This document shows positions 13,450 to 25,919 of a stretch of 64,000 nucleotides of DNA, one piece after another; position 1 is the first letter of the stretch, and each line of letters begins with the position of its first letter. The notes under the pieces are model-generated. The model saw only the letters and a list, made by a program, of their open reading frames with translations. It did not search any database and was not told the DNA's origin. This DNA comes from Mustelus asterias. Its lineage: Eukaryota. Location: the NCBI RefSeq assembly GCF_964213995.1, contig NC_135817.1:49414001-49478000 (forward strand), in the 5' to 3' direction. The position numbers and the translations under genes are program-made.

Positions 13450-14632
13450 CTATTGGACAATGTATATAGTTAGTGGAGTTTTCTGAATCTAAAGCCTCCA
13501 CCACATTGTGGTTTCCTTTATACTGAGGCAGCGGAGTGTCAACAATCAGGCGTAGGTAATTAATTATTTTTGTTCTTTTTGCAGCCATTTTGAGAATCAT
13601 TCATACACATAATAGGTTGTGGTGAGGTGTAAAACACTGATCCAATAACATGCTCTTAGTCTCATCCTCAGCTAAGTATTTCATACTTTGTCATCACAAC
13701 CTTTCTATTTCCTGCGCTAGACCTTATTCATTTCAGTATCAAAATATGGGCAGCTTTGTGGTGTGCCAATAATGAGAAAATGGCTGTAACTGTTCAAACC
13801 AATTTGCTTGGGATCTGTTAACTAAACAACAGTATATTCTGAACGTGTGTTTATTTCCTCACCAATTTTTTCCCTTTAAATCTTGACTTAACAATAACAA
13901 TTTACATTTATAAAGTGCTTTTACTGCAAAGATAAATCTCAAGGTACTTCAGAGGCAAGTAAAAGAAGGAGAGATCTGGAAGGATAACCATGTCCCATGG
14001 GGCTGGGCAATGGAGGGAGCATGAGACTGCATTAAAGGCTGCAGGGAGGTCAAGGAATATAAGGGAGAAAATGGACTTCATTATTGTTTCACTCTATGAG
14101 TAGATGCAAACATAATTGGAGGTAATCAAAAATGATTCATGCCGGGGTAGTGGTTCTGTTGCTGTTGAGAACACTGCAGTATCTCACTCAACGGTCATTG
14201 TTCATTAGAAGCTGGGGCAGAAAATGTTAGATTGTGGATATTGTGGCAGGGTGGATATAGAGCAAGAAATCTCAGGGAAAGTAATTCATGGAATGTGCAA
14301 AATGATTTGAAGAAACTTTTGAAAGTGGGGAGAGAAATAACAAGTTGCTAATGTTCAGGGAGTGAAGTTTAATGGCACAGTGGAGTAATAACTGAAGGCA
14401 TTACCACTAATGTTACAACAGAGTGAAGTGAGAACTAAAGCCATCTAGTTCAAAAAGCAAAAAGAGGGTGAATGCCATTAAAGAGATGGAGAAAATTACA
14501 AAGTCTAGAAAGAAATCACAAAATGAGCTGAATAATGGAACTTGATCCGTATGGAACATCAACATGTGCATACTTTCAGCAAGAAGCACTTTATTTTAGA
14601 TGTTTCACTTGGAACAAGCATATGAAGCATAC

Positions 14633-14821
14633 CTGCTTGTCAAAGACAACCCATGCTGGTGCATCACTGCCCTGTCCTTTTGGGAATACACTGAACTTAG
14701 GTTTCAGCTTCTGACCAATCAATGGTTCACCACCAATGCCTGGTTTTTCCTCTCCCACCATGGTAGGGACATCATTTGGAAAGTCAAAGTGGTGAGATTT
14801 ATGAAATCTCTCCTTTCCTAA
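14633..14821 (-). CDS. EFHC2: EFHC2 coding exon 2 (189 nt)
   Basis: tag|TTAGGA...AAGCAG|gtatgc. Translates LGKERFHKSHHFDFPNDV...KPGIGGEPLIGQKLKPKFSVFPKGQGSDAPAWVVFDKQ. Confidence 0.95.
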
Positions 14822-14972
14822 CTATAATAAGGAAACAAACAACTGTTAGCATTGGAAAAAAAAATCAACACAGGCTTCACTTTCTGTTAGTTTGAATTTT
14901 AAAATAAACACTATTAGGTGAGATTTTAACTAAGTCAAAATCCATTGACTTGCATAGAATAAAAATTAGGTC

Positions 14973-15238
14973 TGGCAGTGGTTTGAATTCAATAAAAAAT
15001 ATCTGGAATTAAGAATCAACTGGTGACCATGAAACCATTGTCGATTGTCGGAAAAACCAATCTGGTTCACTAATGTTCTTTAGGGAAGGAAATCTGCTGT
15101 CCTTACCTGGTCTGGCCTACATGTGATTCCAGAGTCACAGCAATGTGGTTGACTCTCAACGGCCTTCGGGCAATTAGGGATGGGCAATAAATGCTGGCCA
15201 GCCAGTGACGCCCATGTCCCATGAATGAATTTTTAAAA
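14973..15238 (+). mobile_element. Second SINE family (core ctggttcactaatg..tttagggaaggaaa) with LINE-derived tail
   Basis: Related copies lie near 15400-15530, 27255-27490 and 31120-31280. Its tail gggcaattagggatgggcaataaa is shared with the LINE 3' ends at about 19910-20330 and 56310-56650. Confidence 0.65.
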
Positions 15239-15540
15239 AAATTGTTGCAAATGTTATTTCTATTCCTGATGCTTCTTTGTTCTTATCTCATGAATAAAAT
15301 ATTCTGAGAACATATTTTCCTGGACTGCTCTTTCCCATCCACTCAAGTACTGGAAAAGTACAGAACACCAGATTGGGAGTATTATGGGTATATTACTGAT
15401 CTACTAATGTAGAGGTTTGGATTAATAATTTGGAGATTGCAGTTTGAAAAAAGCTAATACTAGTGAAAGTGACTGTGAATGTTTTTATTGCCATAAAAAC
15501 TCAGCTGGTTCTTTAAGGTCCTTGAAGCAAAGAAACGAGT

Positions 15541-15821
15541 GGCATGGTGGCACAGTGGTTAGCACTGCTGCCTCACAGCGCCAGGGACCTGAATTCAATT
15601 CCTGGCTTGGGTCACATGGGTTTCTTCCGGGTGCTCCAGTTTCCTCCCACAGTCTAAAGTTGCGTGGGTTAGGTGGATTGGCCATGTTAAATTACCCCTT
15701 AGTGTCAGGGGGACTAGCTAGTGTAAATGCATGGGGTTATGGGAATAGGGCCTGGGTGGGATTGTGGTCGGTGCAGACTTGATGGGCCGAATAACCTCCT
15801 TCTGCACTGTAGGATTCTATG
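15541..15821 (+). mobile_element. HE1/V-SINE copy with CR1-type tail
   Basis: ggcatggtggcacagtggttagcactgctgcctcacagcgccaggga...gggccgaataacctccttctgcactgtaggattctatg. Confidence 0.88.
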
Positions 15822-16159
15822 AAACACACTCAGCATCTTGGCTCAATATGCCTGTATATAACTCCAGTCCCACAACAGTTTACTTTATACTTAGTTGGCT
15901 TATGAAGTGTCCCAGCAAATCATCCATTCTATCAAACTGCCTGCCATCTGTAGTGTTCAAAAACAGCCACTTTCTGAGGGCAACTAGGGATAGGCAATAA
16001 ATGTCCACCTTGACTCCCAGATTGTGAGAAGGAATTTTTAAAAGTATGCACCTCGCCTAGTCAGCTTTCGGATTACCAAGATTTTATTTCCTGCAGAATG
16101 CATCCCATCACTTTTCTCCACATTAAAAATCATGATATCTACTAAATTAACCTGCCGAT

Positions 16160-16505
16160 ACTGGAGGCTGAGGGGAGACTTAATAGAGGTTTATAAAATG
16201 ATGAAGGAGATAGATAGAGTGAACGTTCAAAGACTATTTCCTCGGGTGGATGGAGCTATTACAAGGGGGCATAACTATAGGGTTCGTGGTGGGAGATGCA
16301 GAGAGTGGTTGGGGTGTGGAATGGACTGCCTGCAGTGATAGTGGAGTCAGACACTTTAGGAACATTTAAGCGGTTATTGGATAGGGACATGGAGCACACC
16401 AGAATGATAGGGAGTGGGATAGCTTGATCTTGGTTTCAGATAAAGCTCGGCACAACATCGTGGGCCGAAGGGCCTGTTCTGTGCTGTACTGTTCTATGTT
16501 CTATA
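16160..16505 (+). mobile_element. CR1 3' end, same subfamily as 31285-33493
   Basis: Encodes RLRGDLIEVYKMM..IDRVNVQRLFPRV and ends gctcggcacaacatcgtgggccgaagggcctgttctgtgctgtactgttctatg. Confidence 0.88.
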
Positions 16506-18186
16506 CCCTTCTGAGGTCACTTGTCCAGGAAAACAGCACTTAACAGAGACTATGGGTGGAATCTTACCAGAGTTTGGCAAAGTTAGTTCTGGCGAGAAAA
16601 CCTGTGTGGAGCTTTCCAACTCCACTGGCCTGTTTTCTCCTGGAATATTCACACAGGCAGCTCAAAAAAAGTGGATGGGGTTTCCGCTGTAACTCTGGCA
16701 AAGCGGGGACTCTTAGAGCTGGCAAAGCAGCTGCACAGATATTGGGACTTCCTTTTTAAAGGCGCCCCGAATCAAACAAACAAACACATTAAAAGTGAAG
16801 AAAAATCTCCATCCTCACTTAAAGAGAGAAAGTTGACATCTGTAACCAAAATGACTTCACAAAAGGACGAAAAAATACATTCCTCCTCCCCTCCACCACA
16901 CATAAATGCACCCCCCCCCCCCCCCCCCCCCCGCCATGAGGCTCCACTAGTGTCCATCCCAGCCGGCACTGCCCCTTGGTGAAAGGTGGCGCTGTCAGGT
17001 TGTCAATCCAGGATATCTGCTCTGCTCTGTCAAATCAAGGCATTGGAATGGCTGATAGCAGCATCTCACTGGCTGCCATCAACTGCCTCCAACAAAACCA
17101 ACACTACTTTCAAGAAATTCACAAAAGTCGCTTCTCTCTCCAACTGCCTCTCAAGCTGTAACCTTCCCTTTTTCTCCCAATTCTGGAAAGTATTGTTTTG
17201 CAATTATGCTCCCACCTCTTTCACCATTCCTTATTCAGATCCATCCCAATAATTCAATGCCTTCCACCCATTCACATTGCAGAAATCTTTTAAGTATAAA
17301 GAACATACTGCCCACATAGACTGTAGCTCCCTATTTCTCCTTCATCCTGCTCAACCAATGTCTATTACAACACTGGATCCTCTTCCAAATCTCCTCTTCC
17401 ATTCACTACTCTGATTCTGCTTTTATATCATTTGAGGCAGATAATGTAGTGCCCCCTACAGCTCCCTAATAACTGAGATCAGCTAAATCAGCACAGACCA
17501 TGGATTGAACCTATGACCGTCTTGGCCTGTGTGGCTCAGACACTTTATTCCTTAACTGCTGCTTCGACTAGGTGAGATTAAATATCCTGCTCTAGGATGG
17601 TTCAACAGGAATTGCACTGTAAAAATAAGGGGAAAGTCTGACTCTACTCGTTTCCAGGATAGAATAAGACCATTCAAACATCGGACAGGTACCCAGGCAG
17701 GTAACAGTACATTTTGGGCACATGTGGCTTTCTTGTCACACGTATGGTAATGTTGGAAATCACCACCTTTTATAAGAGGGCTATTTCTGTGTATCAGCGA
17801 TAGCCGCAATCTAGAAACATAATTAAAGCGACACATGCTACTGCTTTAATTGAACATTGCTATCTTGTCGGCAAGCAGGGCAGATCATACAGTGGGAACT
17901 CCAGAGGATGATACACCTTTTCAACAGCAGATTTCCAGCTGGCAAATGGAACGTCTGCCCACCCTCAGACCCTACAAGAAACTCCAACGTATCTCTCCTT
18001 GGAGATAGAGGCCTGGCATGACCAACATCTTAGAAAGAAACAAGCACAGAACACCACTGGCCCTGAGGAAATTCAATATTTTTTTTACATTGGTATGTTT
18101 CAATGTTTTCTGTGGAGTGGTTCCCACACTTCCTGTGAACAGTCTGTCGATAGCAGCTTCAACATAGCGACATTGTCGTGTCAACA

Positions 18187-18640
18187 TAGAAACTAGAAGC
18201 AGGAGAAGGCCATTTGGTCCTTCGAGTCTGATCCAACATTTATTTTGATCATGGCTGACCATCGAATTCAATATCCTGATCCCCCTTTCCCCATATCCCT
18301 TGATCCCTTAAGCCCCAAGAGCTATATCTAATTTCTTCTTGAAATCAAACAATGTTTTGACCTCAACTGCTTTCTGTGGTAGTGAATTCCATACATTCAC
18401 CACCCTCTGGGTGAAGAAATTTCTCCTCACCCCTAGTTCTGGACTCCCCCACCATTTGGAACATTCTTTCTGAATCTACCCTGTCTAATCCTGTTAGAAT
18501 TTTAGAAGTTCCTATGAGATCCCCTCTCACTCTTCTAAACTCCAGTGAATATAATCCTAACTGACTTAAGTCTCTCCTCATATGATAGTCCTGCCGTCCC
18601 AGGAATCAGCCTGGTAAACCCTTGCTGTACTCCCATAGCA
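18187..18640 (-). mobile_element. CR1 3' end fragment
   Basis: ORF 18363-18581 reads LGLYSLEFRRVRGDLI...GLDRVDSERMF. Confidence 0.85.
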
Positions 18641-18893
18641 ATGATCCAAAACACTTGCAGAAAATATACCTATATTAGTGCATAGACAACAAAAGTAAAA
18701 CTGGAAAGTGTCAACAGTACAGAAATATAAAGAAAACTAATGAGCAGGCAGACAGTCATCTAAAGGCCTGGGATTTCCTCCAGAGTTAAGGTTGGGGAAA
18801 TGCAGTTTGAAAAGCCATTTCGAAGGAGAAATTAGTTTCTTAAACATGATAGCCTTATAAGTTGGAGAAAAACAGTGTGTGTTTGTTACTCAC

Positions 18894-18935
18894 ATTCCTG
18901 TTGAATGTGTTCCCTGGTAAGAGAGGTAAAGTCAT
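18894..18935 (-). CDS. EFHC2: EFHC2 coding exon 1 (42 nt)
   Basis: ggcaacATGACTTTACC...AGGAAT|gtgagt encodes MTLPLLPGNTFNRN, matching the recalled human start MALPLLPGNSFNRN. Confidence 0.95.
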
Positions 18936-18978
18936 GTTGCCTCCTGCAGCCTCAGGGGGAGCTTTGTTTGATTCCCTG

Positions 18979-18992
18979 GTTGCCACGGTAAC
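18979..18992. promoter_or_regulatory. RFX X-box upstream of EFHC2
   Basis: GTTGCC-AC-GGTAAC fits the consensus GTNRCC-N(0-3)-RGYAAC. It lies 44 bp upstream of the ATG of an axonemal gene, next to a CRE-like TGACGTCG at 18995-19002. Confidence 0.8.
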
Positions 18993-19363
18993 GGTGACGT
19001 CGCCGCGCTGGCTGTGCGCTCTGCTGCGGGTCGAACATTCCGCCATTAAAAGAAGGGCTTTAAACAAATTTTTTTTTAACCTGCAAACTCTTACGCTGTG
19101 ATCTCTCTTTCCCGGCTTCAATTTCTTTCTTGCACCCAAAATCGCAATCTCTACTCGTAAACTGTTATTGTTTTCTTTCTTCAGAAGTGTGTTTCGCTCG
19201 AAGACGGAGGGAATCGGGCGCCATCTTAAGAAGGTCGGTGTGTTGGGTTGGTGGGGAATGTTGGACTCCTCTCCATCCCCACTGGTAAATACTCTCTCCT
19301 CTTCATAACCATCTGTTCTTCACCCTCTCATTTCGCTTTTACCTCACTGGCACTTGAGGCACA

Positions 19364-19560
19364 GCCTTTTGGCTAAGATGAAGCATTAGATCAAACCCGG
19401 GAAGGGGGTGCAAAGCCGCACCCTGTCAGCTTGAATCTGGTTTGATCGAGCCCAAGATGGGATGCAATGTCACCTCTTGTCAGCTTGGATCTGGTTTGTC
19501 CCTATTGTGGGGACAGTAATTGGGCTTAATTTGAATTGGCATTTTTGATTAGAATTAAAG
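19364..19560 (+). other. U2 snRNA 5' fragment fused to a two-unit ~55-bp tandem repeat
   Basis: GCCTTTTGGCTAAGAT at 19364-19379 equals U2 nt 12-27. Repeat units lie at 19389-19443 and 19444-19497. Confidence 0.55.
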
Positions 19561-19909
19561 GTACGAAAAGATGCACCAAAAAATTGGAGTGCTCCATGCA
19601 GCCCAATCAACAGCTAAGATTAGCCAACCCAACACGGGCAATGGATTGAATATTAAAAGTTTGAGCAGCAACTTGTATTTGCGAAGCGTCTTTAATTTCA
19701 AAAGATGTCCCGAGACCTAATGTGACAAAAAAGGATTGCGAGTCAGAAATGGAATAGTTGGAGAGGTTGAAAGTTGGTTATTAGAGGAAGAAGATGTGGA
19801 GGTGTACTACCATCATACAAAGGTAAAGACAATAGTGAGAATTCAACTTCACAAGTTGCCATCACAGATTTGAATTCAAGACTGCTAGATTGATACTAAT
19901 ATTTTTAAA

Positions 19910-20330
19910 ATTCATTTTAAAATGGACATTGCTGACTGGGCCAACATTTATTGCCATCACTAGTTGCCCTTCAGAAGGCAGTGATGAGCTATATTCTTGA
20001 ACTGCTCCAGTCCCCAAGGTGTAGGTGCACGCCCATTGCTGTTAGGGAGGGAGTTCCAGGATTTTGACCCAGCGACACTAAGAATGGCAATATATTTCCA
20101 AGTTAGGGTGGTGAGTGGCTTGGAGGGGAACCTCCAGGTGATGGAGTTCCCATGCATTGGCTGTTCTTATCCTTTTAGATGGTAGTGGTCATGATTTTGG
20201 AAGGTGCTCCCTAAGGAACCTTGGTGAATTCCTGCAGTGCATCTTGTATATGGTACACACTGCTGCCACTGTTCATCAGTAGTGGAGGGAGTGAATGTTT
20301 GTGGAAGGGGTAGCAATCAAGCACAATGTT
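19910..20330 (-). mobile_element. LINE 3' end (CR1/L2 superfamily)
   Basis: ORF ends ...SKSWNSLPNS...LEQFKNIAHHCLLKGN*. The same family occurs at 33620-34480 and 56310-56650. Confidence 0.75.
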
Positions 20331-21166
20331 TGGTCAGGTCATCAATCTAAAATGTTAATTGTTTCTCTCTCTACAGATGCTGCCTGACGTGCTGAATATT
20401 TTCTGTTTTTATTTTAGATTTCCAGCATCTGCGATTTCTTTTTTGTCCAAGGTTAAATAGTTAGAACACTGTAACAATGGCTTTTGTGACATAACAATTG
20501 TTAATGAAATTGCTGATTAGCAACAGAATTTAGTAAGAACTATTCCGAAGTTGATGATTTCCTCAAGGTGGCCTCTCAAAATATTTATCGCTGATAAGTA
20601 GGAAAGATACAAGTGTAAATAAATTACCAAAATTATACTTTTAATTTAAAATTAAATTCTATGAACTTTGAAGCAGTCTTTAATTTATATTCAATCAATT
20701 CACTGAATTGTGCAAATGCGGAGATATGTCTGAACCTCAGTCTCAATTGTAGCTAAACAATAATAAGCTCTTTGTACTTTAATCAAATACATCTCCCTAA
20801 TTAGTACATTTTCAGTCAAGTGTTTAATAAGTCTATACAACAGAAAATACAGTATTTGCTTGGCTTGTTTGGAATTGCAAAGCGATTTACAGCATAATAA
20901 TTATGGATATAACAGGAGAAACTATACAAACATTTTTAAACTTAACAGAGAAAATTAGCCTTCTTTGACAATATAAGTTATAATATAAATTGATTCAATA
21001 CAGGATAAATAGTTTTGCTTTTGTGTCCTTTTAATGGTGTCCTTGAACACACTGACGAGGCCCTTATTGGACTGTTGTTACTGATGTGCTTCAGTTTTGG
21101 ATTTTCAGGACCCAACTGTAGCTTTGTCTTCATTGTTGTCATTCTGTCTGTACTTGCTGGAAATTC

Positions 21167-21244
21167 TTAAGAAGCCAGTCCTAATAAAAAGCCTCCAACA
21201 AAGCCACTGGCCAGCACGATATTCTTCTTTACAAATTCAGCTGA
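21167..21244 (-). CDS. FUNDC1: FUNDC1 coding exon 5 with stop (78 nt)
   Basis: cag|TCAGCTGAA...GCTTCTTAA encodes [25 protein letters not shown]. Confidence 0.95.
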   Translation of the reverse strand, partial: SAEFVKKNIVLASGFVGGFLLGLAS

Positions 21245-21655
21245 CTGCGTGGGGAGAATATTTAAACAGTCAAGTGATAAGACTTAAAATGTGGAAATAC
21301 AAAATATTGCAACATCACCAATAGTCCTAGCATCATAAAATTATTAAACAACGAGGCAGTTACATTTACTTTTTAGATTAGTTGCATTAATAATAATTTT
21401 CACAAAGCACACACTGATTTATATAGCATTAAGATAATCAAAGTTCTGAAGTTTTAGTAAATCAATTGTTGTTAATTCAGCTCAGGGGATTTAAAGAAAC
21501 ATTACATTCACAAGTTTCAAACATATTGTTTTAAATTAAGAATATGGCCTTTTTAAATAATCTTGTTCATGTACTTGGCTGAAAAAACCTCTATAAATAT
21601 TCAAAATACTAATTAATTTTATGATCAAAACAAAAGTGCTGGAGATACTCAATAG

Positions 21656-21797
21656 CCATGATGTGGAGATGCCGCCGTTGGACTGGGGTAAGCACAGTAA
21701 GAAGTCTCACAACACCAGGTTAAAGTCCAACAGGTTTATTTAGTATCAAATTTATTGTGCTACCAAATAAACCTGTTGGACTTTAACCTGATGTTGT
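21656..21797. mobile_element. Penelope-derived palindromic insertion with 12-bp TSD
   Basis: 35-bp arms at 21707-21741 and 21765-21799 (1 mismatch). GATACTCAATAG is duplicated at 21644-21655 and 21798-21809. Confidence 0.75.
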
Positions 21798-21934
21798 GAT
21801 ACTCAATAGGTCAGGCAGTATCTGTGGAGAGATGGTTTAGGAAATGTTTGGAACATTAAACATTAAAACTGCAGTTGAGGTTGTATTAATTACAAAATAA
21901 AATCATAATTAGATTAGGAGGATGTGTAGATTTC

Positions 21935-22266
21935 ATATCCCTGCAGTGCAGAAGGAGGCCGTTCAGTCCTTCAAGTCTGCATCGACTCTCCGAAAGAGCA
22001 TGTTAGCCAGGTCCACTCCACACATTGCTCTTTCCCTGTAATCCCACACATTTACCATGGCTAAACATCTTTGAACACACTAAGGGACAATTTACACGGT
22101 CAATTCACCTAACTTGGACTTTGGACTGTGGGAGGAAACCAGAGCATCTGGAGAAGAACCACGCAGACATGGAGAGAACGTGCAAATTCCACACAGTCAT
22201 CCAAGTCAAGAATTGAATCCACGTCCCTGGCGCTGTGAGGTTGCAATGCTAAACACTGTGCCACCC
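21935..22266 (-). mobile_element. HE1/V-SINE copy (diverged)
   Basis: ggactgtgggaggaaacc...gtccctggcgctgtgagg..gctaaacactgtgccacc. Confidence 0.8.
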
Positions 22267-22756
22267 TGAACTGTACTGTCAAAGACACTGCAAGAAATTT
22301 TGCCTGTTGCTATCTTCCAAGATATGATTGGTCAGAAACTGAAAACAAAGTTTGTCAAACCAAACAAATGTTATATTACGCTTTTAACGGCTAACATGTT
22401 TGTTTATGACTAAATGAAAATTTCTCAGTTGTTTTCATCAAAGTTCACACAAGTTGAATGGCATCGTCTGTTGTAGCACCAATGAACACAAGCCCATGGA
22501 TGTTATTTTTGCTTCTTTACCTGCAAGAGGCATGTGAGACACTTGCTTACGCCTGTTTCCATATTTAGTTTTTCTTGAAACAAGTCACTAGCCTGTCCCC
22601 AGAGGTTATAGATTGAGGGTTGTCACTCTATCAAGCGTGGCTGACCCAAAGACTCCTGCTTTCATTGCCTGCGTATTGGAAGCAGGTTGATAATCAAACT
22701 ATTTGGCCACATTATGAAAGCACATGACTTATTCATCATGTCTGGAGTGGGACTTA

Positions 22757-23066
22757 GAATCATAGAATCCCTAATGTACAGAAGGAGGCTATTCAGCCCA
22801 TCAAGCCTTCACTGACAACAATCCCACCCTATCCCATAGCCCCATAAATTTACCCTGTGAATCCCCCCAAAACTAGGGTCAATTTAGTGTGAGCAATCAA
22901 CCTAATCCGCACATCTTTGGACTGTGGGAGGAAACCAGAGCTCCCGGAGGAAACCCATGCAGACACGAGGAGAAGGTACAAACTCCACACAGACAGTGAC
23001 CCAAGCTGGGAATCGAACCTGGGTCCCTGGCGCTGTGAGGCAGCAGTGCTAACCACTGTGCCACCT
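22757..23066 (-). mobile_element. HE1/V-SINE copy
   Basis: Full head, V domain and tagaatcatagaatcc tail. Confidence 0.88.
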
Positions 23067-23778
23067 CTGGAAATTGTATTACTGTTGCCGTAACTGGCAG
23101 CTGTTTTTTGAATCAACTGGCCAGCTGTTGGGAAATTTTCTCCTTAGTGCAGTTTTCTTCCCTCCGTTGACTCTTTGCTGGCTCAGTTTGATGGGCACTG
23201 GTTCCACTGCATCACCTCACCCTGATTCCCACCTTTTATGATTTTTTTTCCCCCAGTTTTTGTGCTCATTGTAGCTAATGGATGGGATGGGAGGGAGGGA
23301 GGATAGATGAGCTATCCCTGAAGAATAATGTTTACAAAGGAAATATGTTGAAACATGTGTCCCCAGGAAATGTTCATTTGCTGTTACTGTGATTGTGGTT
23401 TATTGTTTCATTCTCTTCCGTGACAGTCCTTCTATCTTTAATACCATTCTTTCTATGCTCCTCCAACAGCTTTTGAAGTCCAGCTCTGGTTTCAGTCAGC
23501 AACAATGCTCCACTCTTCCCTTTCACAGCCTATACTCACCCATGTGCCTATCGCATCATACTTTGAATATCTACATAACAACATCCTTCACCATCAGGTA
23601 CTACTTTTTTCAAGGGCAAGTAGGAAGGGAAATAAATAGTTGCCTTTCCATTCAAAGGTATATTCAGAAAATTGATTATAAAAAAGCCCATGTGATTTTT
23701 TACATTCTCATTTTTATATCCTGGCCATGTCAGGCTGCTGAAGGTAATATAGGGTTTTGTGCAAGAGCTTTAATGGTG

Positions 23779-24078
23779 GGCAGCATGGTGGCACAGTGAT
23801 TAGCAATGCTACCTCACAGCGCCAGGGACCTGGGTTCGATTCCCAGGTTGGGTCACTGTGTGGAGTCTGCACGTTCTCCCCAAGTCTGCATGGGTTTCCT
23901 CCGGGTGCTCTTGTTTCCTCCCACAGTCCGAAAGACATGCTGGTTGGATGCATTGACCATGCTAAATTCTCCCTCAATGTATCCAAACGGGTGCCAAAGT
24001 GTAGTGACTAGGGGATTTTTACATTAACACTGCAATGAAATTACTGTAAGCCTATTTGTGACACTAATAAATAAACTT
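23779..24078 (+). mobile_element. V-SINE copy with alternative tail
   Basis: ggcagcatggtggcacagtg...gtgactaggggattttt...aagcctatttgtgacactaataaataaac. Confidence 0.85.
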
Positions 24079-25919
24079 AAAATTTAATATGTGAAGGGAT
24101 AAGGCTAGCCAGGAGAGTATTAGAGAAGTGATGCTGGGAAGAGATGATAAATAGAAGCTCAAAAGTGAAACCAGTCCAGAATCAAACCGCACTAGGACAA
24201 AGGGAGACAGAAGCAAGATTTAGATTTACTTTGGAAAAAGTTAAAATTATGAAAGCTCAGATTTGGAATGGCGAAGGAGGAAGCAACAAGGCTTGGTGCA
24301 GAAGCTTGGAGAGGTCAGCTAAAGAGACCATGTCCTTTCTTGGCAACAGAAATATTAGTGTTTTAGTTCATTTCAACTTTTAGTGGGCTGCCCAATTTTG
24401 GGGAAGATCGTAGCCAATTGTGTGCACTATATATCCATTCATGTACTTTCCAGGGGATTGTTGACTACTGATCAGAAATGGCAACTATGACTGTTTTCCT
24501 CCATCAGGTGTGACTGACAGAGAATTTATCCTGTTTCAGATGACAAGAGCTTTTAGATTATGTAGGAATATGTGCAATACTGACATAAACCGCACACTTT
24601 AAATTGTCTTCTGTGACTGCTATCTTGGAGACAATACACAACTTTACATTGTATGTACATGTCTATTTCAAAGTAGGATCATTCACTCCTGTTTATGCAA
24701 AAATTGAGTATATTTAATCTACTGAATTTGCAATTATAACCCTCTGAAATGCCTGTGTGCAGTTTTACTTTGTCCAGATGATGCAAACTGCTTGAAACAC
24801 TGCTGATATCTCTAAAATGTACTTGATTGACAGCTTTTGATTAATTGTGAAACATACCTTTTAATCTTGTGTTTTGCTATTCTGCTATTATAGCTAGCAG
24901 CATTTGTGACACTTTCTGGCTTCAGCTGACATGTAAACCTTTTCATCACAGATGTATAGTTTAATGTTACTGGAAAGGACTGCAAAAATAATTAGTTTTA
25001 ATGCAGTTGGGACAGTGAAAAGGTAAGTACTGAAATATACCTGATGATCTGTTTGTTAAATGATAACATGGTCCCTGCCTCAATCACTAACTCCAGTAAA
25101 TGTATTCTAATCTCACTACTCAATTAAAAAATTTCCCCTGCTCTTTCTCCTAAATATCTTTCTATTTGATTTTGTACCAATGACTGACATTTCTTTCTAG
25201 ATCCCTGAACCTTGGGAATTGTGGATTTTTGCCCACTTTGTTGCATTCCTTCATTATTTTCAAAACCTCGAGTAAATTTACACTCCAGTGTTTTTAAGAC
25301 AAAGCCTCATTTCCAAAGTGACAGCAATGTAGTTGGTAAGTGAGACTTCCAAAAAAAATATGATCTTGCAGCCCAAAACCGGGCATCCACGAGGTGCTTC
25401 CAGTTATCAGTAACAACAGAATTGTGCACCATCACAATCAGTAACCTTATGACCTCACAGTCCAACTCTTCAATTGTTATCAGCCCTGGAGCATACCTTT
25501 AGAACAATGAAGACTTTGCTGCAGGCTACAGACAGCTAAGGGGTCCCATAACAACGAGCAAAACAAAGCAATCTAGTCTCATCACACCCAGTTGAGAATA
25601 GTGGTGGACAACAAGGCATTTAACTGGAGAAGGCTACATGAATGTTACCACTCATTTGGGAGAGATCAACTCATAACTACAAGAGACAAAGTCCTTTTAT
25701 GTGAATAAAAGGGAGAGAGACAGCATGTTACTTTACAATATTTGTATGGAAAATTTCTAAGGGTGGCACAGTGATTAGCACTGCTACCTCACAGCACCAG
25801 GGACCCAAGTTCAATTCCAGCCTTGAGTGAGCGTCTGTGTGGATTTGCATGTTCTCCCCATGTCTGCGTGGGGTTCCTTCAGGTGCTCCGGTTTCCTCCC
25901 ACAGTCCAAAGATGTGCCA

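Noticed and set aside
16910-16932. Poly-C/poly-G runs (also 10762, 35063, 58971) as proline/glycine-rich coding sequence or functional G4
   Set aside because: Homopolymers, mostly inside repeats and of uncertain length; no independent support.
19364-19400. Functional U2 snRNA gene
   Set aside because: Only about 16-25 nt match; the branch-point recognition sequence is altered, and the Sm site and 3' stems are absent.
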